Shown one piece after another: positions 15,310 through 24,104 of a stretch of 30,988 bases of DNA; the stretch's first letter is position 1, and each line of letters opens with the position of its first letter. The notes below the pieces were generated by a model. That model made no database searches. It saw nothing but the letters and a program-made list of their open reading frames with translations, and had not been told where the DNA came from. The position numbers and the translations under genes were made by a program. The DNA lies in IMG/VR virus record IMGVR_UViG_3300037791_000048, positions 1-30,988 of that record. One strand, given 5' to 3'. The DNA is from a virus (Duplodnaviria; Caudoviricetes).

Positions 15310-16340
15310 TTCTAAGTAGAAGCCCATATTATATTACTGCCCCAATGGAAACGGGAACTGAGAGCATCACACTCACGATGAAAGTCAATCAGATTACCCA
15401 AAATACCTCTATGGTGAATACTGACTACACGGTGGTCAAAAATCCTGTAAGTACCGAAATTGATTCCATTGATTTCGAGGTCAGCAATATACTTAGGGAT
15501 TATCTTGACCCAAGGCCACCCGAAACGGTGACCACAACGGGTTTGGAGGATAGCCGACCCAACAGTGTTATATCACTCAACTATGTTTTGGATTATCAGG
15601 GCATTACAAATACCGTAACATCCACTATGAACACTGTTTTGGATGGTTATGGTTACTTCAAAGAAGGGGCAAATCCACAAACAACGAAAAAGATTCTACT
15701 GACCAACAACCATTATTTGGTGAACAAGAATGGTTTCTTCCTAGTACCTATACTCAATGATGGTACATACAGTGAGGTCACAATCGATGGGCATGTACAT
15801 TCACTCAACACTTCTTCAGCACTTACCGATAAGGTCAAATATTTGGTGGTGAATGTAAGTGAGTTCTCAGGAACTGTTTTGGTAAAGGTAGGAAGTGAGG
15901 AAGTAACCTTGGAGGTCATTGAAGAATGCAAGTATCCTCCTTTTGATGTCTGTTTCCTTAATAGATATGGGGTTTTTGAGATAATGACCTTCTTCAAACA
16001 GTCCCAAGTCAGCACAAAACTGGATAGCAAAGTTTTTAAAAACAACTACATATCCAATGGTCAATACGATACCACTAGGCACACCTACAAAGAAATGAAC
16101 AAAAATGGGCAAGAGTCCCTAAAGCTCAATTCAGGTTGGGTCAGTGAACAATACAATGAAACCATCAGGGAACTTTTGCTTTCTGAAAAGGTATACCTAT
16201 GGAAAAATGGTGATGAAGATTACCTGACTCCAATGGTGGTGGAAACATCAAGTTTGGAATACAAAACAAGGGTCAAGGACAAGCTTATTTCCTATGAAAT
16301 AGACCTCAAATATGCCAACGACATAATCAACAATATTTAA
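15306..16340 (+). CDS. Tail/baseplate structural protein
   Basis: 344 aa, beta-rich; FLNRYG and LNSGWV motifs; position. Confidence 0.55.
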   Translation: MILSRSPYYITAPMETGTESITLTMKVNQITQNTSMVNTDYTVVKNPVSTEIDSIDFEVSNILRDYLDPRPPETVTTTGLEDSRPNSVISLNYVLDYQGITNTVTSTMNTVLDGYGYFKEGANPQTTKKILLTNNHYLVNKNGFFLVPILNDGTYSEVTIDGHVHSLNTSSALTDKVKYLVVNVSEFSGTVLVKVGSEEVTLEVIEECKYPPFDVCFLNRYGVFEIMTFFKQSQVSTKLDSKVFKNNYISNGQYDTTRHTYKEMNKNGQESLKLNSGWVSEQYNETIRELLLSEKVYLWKNGDEDYLTPMVVETSSLEYKTRVKDKLISYEIDLKYANDIINNI

Positions 16341-18910
16341 TGAACGGGAACTTGGACATATATATCGAGGGTGAACGATTGGATTTATTTGAAGATGAGA
16401 ACATCGTAATAAATTCATCTGTTCAGAACATCAATGATATTTCTAAGGTGTTCACGGACTATTCACAAAGCTTCACATTACCTGCATCACCTAAGAACAA
16501 TAGGATTTTCAAGCATTGGTACAATGCAGATATAATCAATGGCTTTGATTCAAGAACCAAAAAAAGAACGGTCATTGAGATTGGAAAACTACCGTTCAAG
16601 GTGGGCAAAATGCAACTGGAATCGGTTTCCATCAAGAACAACCGACCTGAAAACTATAAAGTTGTTTTTGTGGGCAATCTAGTGAGCCTCAGTGAGCTTA
16701 TTGGAGATGATATGCTGACCAATCTTGACTTCTCAGAGTATGACTTCAACTACAACTCTGCAAATGTCAGGACAGGGCTTACAACGGGCTTTCTTGGTTC
16801 GGGAAACTATGTTTTTCCATTGATTAGTACGGACAAACAATGGTATTACAATTCGGATGCAGGAGATTTTACAAATACCGATGAGCTATCAAACATAGCT
16901 TACAACGGTAACTCAGAACCCCATGGTGTCCATTGGCAATCACTTAGACCAGCATTGAAGGTCAGTAAAATCATCGAAAAAATCGAAGCCCGATATGGTT
17001 TTACCTTTTCCGATGATTTCTTTGGAACATCTGTTTTTGACAACCTCTTTTTGTGGTTGGAAAGAGATGATGTGATTGATTCTTTGAGTACTGACAACGT
17101 TGTGGTTGATTATGATAATGTTGGTTGGTATCAACCTGCAATTGGAAGCTACAACAACAGTACGGGAACTTACTCAACAACCGAATCAGGTTCTGACAAT
17201 TTAAGGGCAATAGATGTGAGGGTTGGTTCTACAGATGGGAAACCATATACCATCCAAGTGGTAAACAATGGGGATGTTATGGAAGAAAGAACCATAGCAG
17301 GAAACGATACGGAATACTTCTTTGCATTTGATTTACCATCGGGAGTCCCGATTGGGAGCAACATTTATCTAAGATTCGTAACATCCACCAGCAAGGCTTT
17401 TGATTTTGTCTATTGGAGAATAAAGGAGTTTTCTGAAGATACGGTTCTTTACGTTCAAAAATTTGATTTCTCTTATGGTGAGGTTTCAGCAGGTACGGAC
17501 ATATTCCTCCCTGAGTTAAAGGTCATCGATTTTCTTACCAGCATTATCAAAATGTACAATCTGACCATACTGCCCAACAGTACTACCGATTTCAGCATCA
17601 AACAACTTGATGATTGGTATTCTGAGGGCAACACTTATGATGTTTCAGGGTATGTTGATAGGTCTGAACATCAAATCAATAGACCTGAAGTGTACAGGGA
17701 AATCAGTTTCAACTTTGAAGAGCCTACCACAATACTTGCTGACCAATTCAAGAGCCAAACAGGAACGGCCTATGGTGATTTGGGTGCAGAATTGACCGAT
17801 GGCAACGGTAAGCCTTTGGAAGGTGACACCTATGAAATCAGTGTGGATTTTGAACAAATGGTTTATGAAAGGCTGACTGACCAACAAACAGAGAGCTTTA
17901 CCAACATTGTCTATGGATTGACACTTGATAAGGATTTGCAACAAAACACTCCTTCATCACACCTTTTTTATGTGAAAAATGTGAATGTTTCATCCAACTC
18001 AATCAGCTTCATTGATGATACTGAGGATAATATTGAATTAGATGGTAATGTTTACATGCCCTCACACTTTAGTTCTGATGGCCTCAACTCCACGGTATTT
18101 GGATTGGAAATCGATGAACATACAGGAAATACAAATGAAAACAGCCTGTACTCGAACTTTTATAAGGATTACATCACGGATACTTTCAGTAGTAAGAGAA
18201 GGGTCTATAAATACAGTGGAATCTTCCCAACCAAATTGATTTCGGACTTACAGCTCAATGATAAATTGGTGATAGATGGCACAAGGTATCTGATAAACGA
18301 AATGCAGACCAATTTGAGTACCAATGAGGTTGAATTGGAGCTTCTTAATGATATATATACAGTAACCTATGAAGTGCCACCAGTTACCACTAAAATCGTA
18401 ACACTGGCCTATGATTCCAGTAGCCAATCAAATGCTTGTAAAGCTTATGGGCTTGGTAATACAGCACCATTCTACATACAACAAACAGCTACTTTCAGTA
18501 ATGCCTCAGAATTATACAGCAATGCAAATGAAGCCCCTGCATCAACAGGATGGTACTCTAATGGTTCTATTGCAAGGTATTGGAATGGAACATCGTTCAC
18601 ATTGACTTCTCCCTGTAAAACTGGTGGAGGTGGTGGAACTGTTGAACCTGCTGATTCATTCAACATTTCGGGAACAGGGGCAGTAAACAATTCTTCTGCC
18701 TGTGAACTCATAGCTTCATCGACCAAGTATTGGGATGGATTACAGAATCATCCTACCCTTGCGGACATCATTTACAACGATTCCTCAAAAACAAGTGTAT
18801 TCAATGGAGGTAACCTTCACTATAAGATTGATGGTGACCTCACCATAAGAATCACAACAGGTGGTGTAGTGAATGATGTATATGACTGCACGGCACAAGC
18901 AAACCAATAA
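16340..18910 (+). CDS. Large tail tip/hub protein with C-terminal Cys-bounded modules
   Basis: 856 aa; LDLFEDE...YSQSFTLPAS N-terminus typical of Bacteroidota phage tail proteins. Confidence 0.65.
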   Translation: MNGNLDIYIEGERLDLFEDENIVINSSVQNINDISKVFTDYSQSFTLPASPKNNRIFKHWYNADIINGFDSRTKKRTVIEIGKLPFKVGKMQLESVSIKNNRPENYKVVFVGNLVSLSELIGDDMLTNLDFSEYDFNYNSANVRTGLTTGFLGSGNYVFPLISTDKQWYYNSDAGDFTNTDELSNIAYNGNSEPHGVHWQSLRPALKVSKIIEKIEARYGFTFSDDFFGTSVFDNLFLWLERDDVIDSLSTDNVVVDYDNVGWYQPAIGSYNNSTGTYSTTESGSDNLRAIDVRVGSTDGKPYTIQVVNNGDVMEERTIAGNDTEYFFAFDLPSGVPIGSNIYLRFVTSTSKAFDFVYWRIKEFSEDTVLYVQKFDFSYGEVSAGTDIFLPELKVIDFLTSIIKMYNLTILPNSTTDFSIKQLDDWYSEGNTYDVSGYVDRSEHQINRPEVYREISFNFEEPTTILADQFKSQTGTAYGDLGAELTDGNGKPLEGDTYEISVDFEQMVYERLTDQQTESFTNIVYGLTLDKDLQQNTPSSHLFYVKNVNVSSNSISFIDDTEDNIELDGNVYMPSHFSSDGLNSTVFGLEIDEHTGNTNENSLYSNFYKDYITDTFSSKRRVYKYSGIFPTKLISDLQLNDKLVIDGTRYLINEMQTNLSTNEVELELLNDIYTVTYEVPPVTTKIVTLAYDSSSQSNACKAYGLGNTAPFYIQQTATFSNASELYSNANEAPASTGWYSNGSIARYWNGTSFTLTSPCKTGGGGGTVEPADSFNISGTGAVNNSSACELIASSTKYWDGLQNHPTLADIIYNDSSKTSVFNGGNLHYKIDGDLTIRITTGGVVNDVYDCTAQANQ

Positions 18911-18919
18911 TACAATGAA

Positions 18920-19084
18920 ATGATAGGTACTATCCTCACACTACTGCAACAAGATAAATACCAAGGTCTATCCATGGAAATTGAGATAGCCAAAGGAAGA
19001 AACAAGATTCCCAAATCTTACAAAGAAACCATAAACCAAGCTAAACGAGAACTTAAATGGCGATTAAGAAAACCATCGACATAG
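18920..19084 (+). CDS. Small basic protein (54 aa); absent from the ORF track
   Basis: MIGTILTLLQQDKYQGLSMEIEIAKGRNKIPKSYKETINQAKRELKWRLRKPST fills the gap and overlaps the start of the next gene. Confidence 0.65.
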   Translation: MIGTILTLLQQDKYQGLSMEIEIAKGRNKIPKSYKETINQAKRELKWRLRKPST

Positions 19085-20991
19085 ATGTACAGACCCAAAA
19101 AGCACAGAAAAATGTAGAAAAATTAGGCGATACCGTTAACGATGAAACCAAAGAAATCAAGGGTTCATTGGATGGCATCACTGGCAGTTTGGACAATGTT
19201 ACTGGTGGCATGGTTTCCAAGTTCAAGGGACTTACTGGAACATTGGGAAGTGTTGCTGGTGGTTTCAAATCTATTGGGGTGGCTATTGCTGCTTCAGGAC
19301 TTGGCCTATTGGTAACAGTAATTGCAGCAGTTGTTTCAGCTTTTAAGAGTTCTGAGGAAGGTCAGAACAAGTTTGCCAAATTAATGGGTGTCATAGGCTC
19401 TGTTGTGGGGAATGTGATGGATGTATTCAGTGATTTTGGTGAAGTTGTCATCGAGGCCATTGAAAACCCCTCAAAAACTTGGGATTCATTTACCAACAAC
19501 CTCAAAAAAGGTTATGAATTCGTAAAAGGTCAGATAATTGACCGTTTCAAAAGCTCATGGACGATACTTTCAGGAGGTGTTGAGGCTGGAATCCTAAAAA
19601 TGCGTATCGCTTGGAACGAATTTACAGGTGATTCAGAGGAAGCCGAACAACTTACCGCACAACTTGAAGATGTCCAAAAGGAGGTTCTTGAAGCCACAGC
19701 AGTAATCCAACAAAGAAACCTTCAAATCATTAATGGCTTCAATGAGGCCATTGATAAGGTCAAAGAATTTGCAGCAGAAGTTAAGGCAGATGCCAAAAGA
19801 GCGCAACAAATAGCAGATGCAAGAGCAGCAGCAGACAAAAAGGAACGTGACCTTGTTATCGAAAGGGCTAGAGCAGATAGACAGGTAGCTGAATTCAGAG
19901 AAAAAGCTGCTGCCAAAGAACTCTATCACGTACAGGAAAGAATTGATTTTCTAGAAAAGGCAAGTGCCATAGAACAGGCCATTACAGCCAAGGAAATAGA
20001 AGCTGCCGTAATCAGAAGGGATGCCAAGATTGCTGAAAATGCCCTTTCCAAGTCAACCAAGGAAGATTTGGATGAGGAAGCAAACCTGAGAGCCAAAGTA
20101 ATCGAACTTGAAACCAAATCATTGACCCTGAAAAGGTCGCTTACAGCGCAAATTTCAGCATATAACAAAGAAGCCGAGGCACAAAGGCAAGCAGAACTTG
20201 CAGCCCAAGAAGCCCAAATTCAAAAAGAGGCCGAAATCGAAAGGAAAAGGCAGGAATCCATCCAAACAATCAGGGATGAGTACAGGACAAAGATTGAAGA
20301 TTTGGAAGCTGAAGATGAACAGGCAAGGCTTGACCTAGAGGAAGAAAGAAAAATAGCAGAGCTGGAAGCCCTTAATGCCTCAGAGCAACAGAAATTAGAG
20401 GTTAGACAGTACTACGATACCCTTCAAACCAAACTGGAAAAGGAACAATCGGATGCTAGGATAGCCAATGCAATGGCTGAAAAAGAAGCCAAGGCACAAA
20501 TATTTGATGCTCAGGCTGGTTTGGCACAAAAATTTGGTTCTCTACTTCAACAAATGGGTGAAGAGAACAAAGCTTTGGCAATCACGGGAATCATCGTGGA
20601 GCAGGTTGCATCCGTTGCAAAGATTATATCCAACACTGGTATTGCTAATGCCAAGGCCGTGGCAGCTTCCCCACTTACAGGAGGTAACCCGTGGGTAGCA
20701 ATTAACACGGTTACAGCAGGGCTTTCCATAGCCTCATCGATTGCCAGTGCATCAAAGGCCATTTCACAACTTGGAGGTGGTGGAAGTGTACAAGGAGGTG
20801 GTAATGATGTAGGTGGTGGTAGAACCCAAGCACCTTCCTTCAACCTAGTTGGTTCAGGGGGCATCAACCAAATAGCCCAATCACTTAACCAAAACTCCAA
20901 TAGACCTGTAAAAACCTATGTTCTTTCCAAGGATGTAACCAGTGAACAGGAATTTGATAGGAATATCAAGCAAGCTGCATCGTTCGGTTAA
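19057..20991 (+). CDS. Tape measure-like protein
   Basis: 644 aa; Ala/Glu/Lys coiled coil with Gly/Ala-rich hydrophobic stretches. Confidence 0.75.
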   Translation: MAIKKTIDIDVQTQKAQKNVEKLGDTVNDETKEIKGSLDGITGSLDNVTGGMVSKFKGLTGTLGSVAGGFKSIGVAIAASGLGLLVTVIAAVVSAFKSSEEGQNKFAKLMGVIGSVVGNVMDVFSDFGEVVIEAIENPSKTWDSFTNNLKKGYEFVKGQIIDRFKSSWTILSGGVEAGILKMRIAWNEFTGDSEEAEQLTAQLEDVQKEVLEATAVIQQRNLQIINGFNEAIDKVKEFAAEVKADAKRAQQIADARAAADKKERDLVIERARADRQVAEFREKAAAKELYHVQERIDFLEKASAIEQAITAKEIEAAVIRRDAKIAENALSKSTKEDLDEEANLRAKVIELETKSLTLKRSLTAQISAYNKEAEAQRQAELAAQEAQIQKEAEIERKRQESIQTIRDEYRTKIEDLEAEDEQARLDLEEERKIAELEALNASEQQKLEVRQYYDTLQTKLEKEQSDARIANAMAEKEAKAQIFDAQAGLAQKFGSLLQQMGEENKALAITGIIVEQVASVAKIISNTGIANAKAVAASPLTGGNPWVAINTVTAGLSIASSIASASKAISQLGGGGSVQGGGNDVGGGRTQAPSFNLVGSGGINQIAQSLNQNSNRPVKTYVLSKDVTSEQEFDRNIKQAASFG

Positions 20992-21014
20992 CCACTTCAA
21001 AAACAGCTACCCAA

Positions 21015-21045
21015 CTTCCACTTTTTAAGGTTTTCTGTTTCCTAT
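21015..21045 (+). promoter_or_regulatory. Putative late promoter 2
   Basis: CTTCCA-N15-TGTTTCCTAT directly followed by ATGATG. Confidence 0.75.
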
Positions 21046-22134
21046 ATGATGGAATTGTACGAAGTAATATTTGACCCCAAGAAAGATAGAGGCATTTACG
21101 CACTCAGTGTTGTGAATGACCCTGCCATGGAATCCATGTTCGTTGCATTGAACAAGGATGAACAACCTAAGGAGGCCGAAATCAAATTGGCCGAGGTGAA
21201 CAAAGAGCAGCGTATTCTTTTGGGTGTCGCACTCATTCCCGATAAACCTATTTATAGGAATCAAGAAGGAAGGGAATTCTATATCACTTTTCCAAAGGAA
21301 ACCATCAAGGCTGCTGCCCATTCATTTCTACAGAACCAGCACAACAACAATTCCAGTATTGAGCATGAGATAAAACTATCAGGTGTTTCCGTGGTGGAAT
21401 CTTGGATAGTTGAGGACACTGATAACGATAAGTCCAAAAAATACGGTTTGGAAGCACCAGTTGGAAGCTGGGTCGCTTCGATGAAGGTGGAAAATGATGA
21501 ACTGTGGAACGATTACGTGAAAACAGGAAAAATCAAGGGATTCAGTATCGATGGCCTATTCAGCTTGAACAAACTAGAACTAAATAAAGAACAACCTATG
21601 AGCGATAACAAATCAATCATGGCAGAATTGAAAAATGGTTTTGCCGAATTAAAAGCACTCTTCTCAAAAGAAGAAACAAAAGTGGAACTCGCTTCAGCGA
21701 AATTGGCCGATGGTGAAACCATGGTGGAATTTGAAGGAGAGGAAATCAAAGTAGGAACAGCATTGTTCATTGGTGGTGAACCTGCCCCCGATGGAGTACA
21801 CGAATTGGAAGATGGTAGAAAATTGACCGTTTCCGAGGGTGTTGTTTCCGAAATGTCCATTGAAGTGGATGAGGATGCTTCCCAAGAGGAAATCCAAGAG
21901 GCACTTGCCAAGCTCAAAGAAACCTTCAAATCATTGGAAGCTGAAATGAAAACTGCCAAGGAAGGATTTGAAACAGAATTGGCTAAAAAAGATGATGAAA
22001 TAGCTGATTTGAAAACTGAGCTTTCTGCCACTCCTGCCACAAAACCAATCAAACACACATCGGTAGACCTTTCCACCGATAAACCCAAGAACAGAACGGA
22101 AAGATTAAAACTAGCATTACTAAAAAACAGATAA
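21046..22134 (+). CDS. Prohead protease (XkdF-like) fused to a scaffold region
   Basis: G-ALIPDKPIYR, IEH, VESW, GSW, KGFSIDG; acidic coiled-coil C-terminus; precedes the capsid gene. Confidence 0.85.
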   Translation: MMELYEVIFDPKKDRGIYALSVVNDPAMESMFVALNKDEQPKEAEIKLAEVNKEQRILLGVALIPDKPIYRNQEGREFYITFPKETIKAAAHSFLQNQHNNNSSIEHEIKLSGVSVVESWIVEDTDNDKSKKYGLEAPVGSWVASMKVENDELWNDYVKTGKIKGFSIDGLFSLNKLELNKEQPMSDNKSIMAELKNGFAELKALFSKEETKVELASAKLADGETMVEFEGEEIKVGTALFIGGEPAPDGVHELEDGRKLTVSEGVVSEMSIEVDEDASQEEIQEALAKLKETFKSLEAEMKTAKEGFETELAKKDDEIADLKTELSATPATKPIKHTSVDLSTDKPKNRTERLKLALLKNR

Positions 22135-22137
22135 ACT

Positions 22138-23037
22138 ATGCCTACTACTACAACTGTAAACTCAAATTATAGCGGTGAAGCTGCTGGACTAATCTTCCAA
22201 GAAGCTTTTAACGAAACCGATTCTGTACAGAGAGGGTTGATAACATACTACCCTGATGTCAGACATGAACTTAGCCTTAGAAAAATCCAAGGGGCAGATG
22301 GAACTACCGATTATGCATGTGGATTTACACCAGCAGGTGCAATCTCTTTGAGCGAGAACAAACTTACCATCAAGATGTTGAAGCATGACTTCGAGGTCTG
22401 TAAAGATGACTTTAGGGTCACTTGGAACGGTGAGGGTGACATCCTTGAAGCTATCCAAGTAAACAAGCTTGGAGCGCAAATCGACAAATGGGAAGATGAC
22501 ATGTGGAATGGTGCAACGGCAAATGATGGTGAATTCAGGGGTATCATACCTCAATTGGATGCTGATGGTGATGTTATCAAGGCCAACAACGGAATTGTTC
22601 CATTGGAAGCTGCTATCACTAAGGATAACGTCCTTGCAGAGCTTGAAAAAGTAACTGCTGTATTCCCTGTGAAAATCAGAAAGAAAAAAGATTTCAAAGT
22701 CGTTGTTTCCTCAAATGTGGCTGATGCCTATGAAAAGTACTTGATTGCCCAAGGATTGGCAAACGGTATGGGAGGTGAAGGAAGTCCATTGAAATATGGA
22801 AAATATACGATTGAAGAAGTTGCCGAACTTCCTGACAACACAATCGTAGCCTACAGAGCATCCAACTTGGTTGTTGCAACCTACAAAAGCAATGACAAGA
22901 ACGAACTTACAATGGTTGATACATCCGAAACCCTTTTGGATGGCAACGTAAGAGGAAAAATAGTCTATGGTGCTGACACTGGTTACCATGACGGTTCTGA
23001 AGTGGTGTATTACGTGTCTACTACTGCCGTAGCATAA
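22138..23037 (+). CDS. Major capsid protein
   Basis: 299 aa; follows protease/scaffold and is followed by a strong terminator. Confidence 0.8.
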   Translation: MPTTTTVNSNYSGEAAGLIFQEAFNETDSVQRGLITYYPDVRHELSLRKIQGADGTTDYACGFTPAGAISLSENKLTIKMLKHDFEVCKDDFRVTWNGEGDILEAIQVNKLGAQIDKWEDDMWNGATANDGEFRGIIPQLDADGDVIKANNGIVPLEAAITKDNVLAELEKVTAVFPVKIRKKKDFKVVVSSNVADAYEKYLIAQGLANGMGGEGSPLKYGKYTIEEVAELPDNTIVAYRASNLVVATYKSNDKNELTMVDTSETLLDGNVRGKIVYGADTGYHDGSEVVYYVSTTAVA

Positions 23038-23060
23038 TCGATAACCATATTAACTAACTA

Positions 23061-23096
23061 AAAAAGAGGGGTTGGGATTCATCCCGACCCTTTTTT
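23061..23096 (+). terminator. Intrinsic terminator
   Basis: gggttggga-ttca-tcccgaccc-tttttt with an upstream A tract. Confidence 0.85.
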
Positions 23097-23114
23097 CATA
23101 AAACACATAACAAA

Positions 23115-23654
23115 ATGGCATGTTTAATAAATTCAGGTAGAAAAATACCATGCAAGGATACCTTGGGTGGATTGGTAGCTGCCTACTTCATAAACTTTGT
23201 TGAGAATTCCTTCACTGTAGCAGCAGGTGAGGCCACTGCTATTGATGTGGCTGTCACAGAGGTGTTCAAATACGAACTTAGGAACGATGGGAACAACTTC
23301 TCAGAATCCGAGGTTTCCGACCCTAATACAGGAACGACAACCAACACACAAACCTTGACTTTGGCACTCCCAAAACTTGATAAGGACACTGCACTTCAGG
23401 TTGATTTGCTTGCAAAAGGCAGACCTGTGATAGTGGTAAAGGATAGAAACGGTAACCATCAGGTTGCTGGAATCACGGAAGGATGTGACTTGACAGGTTC
23501 TGACCTTAACAGTGGTGGTGGTAAATCCGATTTCAACGGATATAACTTGACCTTTACAGCAGTAGAAGGTTCAACTGCCCCATTCTTGGATGAATCAACA
23601 GTAACTGCATTGGAAGCTTTGGTTTCTGCAACCAATATACATGATGCCCCCTAA
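23115..23654 (+). CDS. Probable major tail tube protein
   Basis: 179 aa, beta-rich; PCKDTLGG...FNGYNLTF; function inferred. Confidence 0.6.
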   Translation: MACLINSGRKIPCKDTLGGLVAAYFINFVENSFTVAAGEATAIDVAVTEVFKYELRNDGNNFSESEVSDPNTGTTTNTQTLTLALPKLDKDTALQVDLLAKGRPVIVVKDRNGNHQVAGITEGCDLTGSDLNSGGGKSDFNGYNLTFTAVEGSTAPFLDESTVTALEALVSATNIHDAP

Positions 23655-23701
23655 TAGAAATTCCTAAAAACTACCCTTCCCAAAGGGAGATACTGTTTTA
23701 T

Positions 23702-23730
23702 GCCCTGCAACGTCCGTTGTGGGGCTTTTT
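23702..23730 (+). terminator. Intrinsic terminator
   Basis: gccctgcaac-gtcc-gttgtggggc-ttttt. Confidence 0.85.
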
Positions 23731-23744
23731 GTTATGGAACAACT

Positions 23745-23775
23745 CTTCCAATTTACACATCATTTTGTTTCCTAT
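23745..23775 (+). promoter_or_regulatory. Putative late promoter 3
   Basis: CTTCCA-N15-TGTTTCCTAT just after a terminator and 2 nt before ATG 23778. Confidence 0.75.
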
Positions 23776-23777
23776 AT

Positions 23778-24083
23778 ATGAGAGTATTACAACCCATAGA
23801 CACGCCTCAGGCACTGATTTTCATACCCCGATTCGATACCGATACGGTCAGCATCATATTGACCCATGAGGTAAAACAATTGGACTATAACTATGAGTTG
23901 GCTACAACCTACACAAATGGACTTATGCAAGTGGAAATCACCCATGACTTCAAAGAGGGTGAAAGTTATTCCTTCCAAGTTGAGGATTTGTCCAATGAAC
24001 TAATGTACAGGGGCAAAATCTTCATCACTGCCCAAACTGACCTACAGGATTACAGAACCAACCCCGATTTCCTTTACGCATAG
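23778..24083 (+). CDS. Small virion protein (101 aa)
   Basis: Start reassigned to MRVLQP because the upstream extension spans the terminator and promoter. Confidence 0.7.
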   Translation: MRVLQPIDTPQALIFIPRFDTDTVSIILTHEVKQLDYNYELATTYTNGLMQVEITHDFKEGESYSFQVEDLSNELMYRGKIFITAQTDLQDYRTNPDFLYA

Positions 24084-24104
24084 TCCCAACCAACCTACTA
24101 GAAA

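Noticed and set aside
16286-16296. TATTTCCTATG partial late-promoter match
   Set aside because: Inside a CDS, mismatched and lacking the upstream box
21513-22088. Long antisense ORFs (also 24761-25354, 12820-13257, 28475-28924 and others)
   Set aside because: Shadow frames of real genes, Ser/Phe-rich and without motifs
23700-23777. N-terminal extension of the 127-aa ORF (likewise the upstream starts at 7283, 8602, 11773, 12263 and 29247)
   Set aside because: These overlap terminators, promoters or upstream genes; the downstream ATGs fit coupling and motifs better
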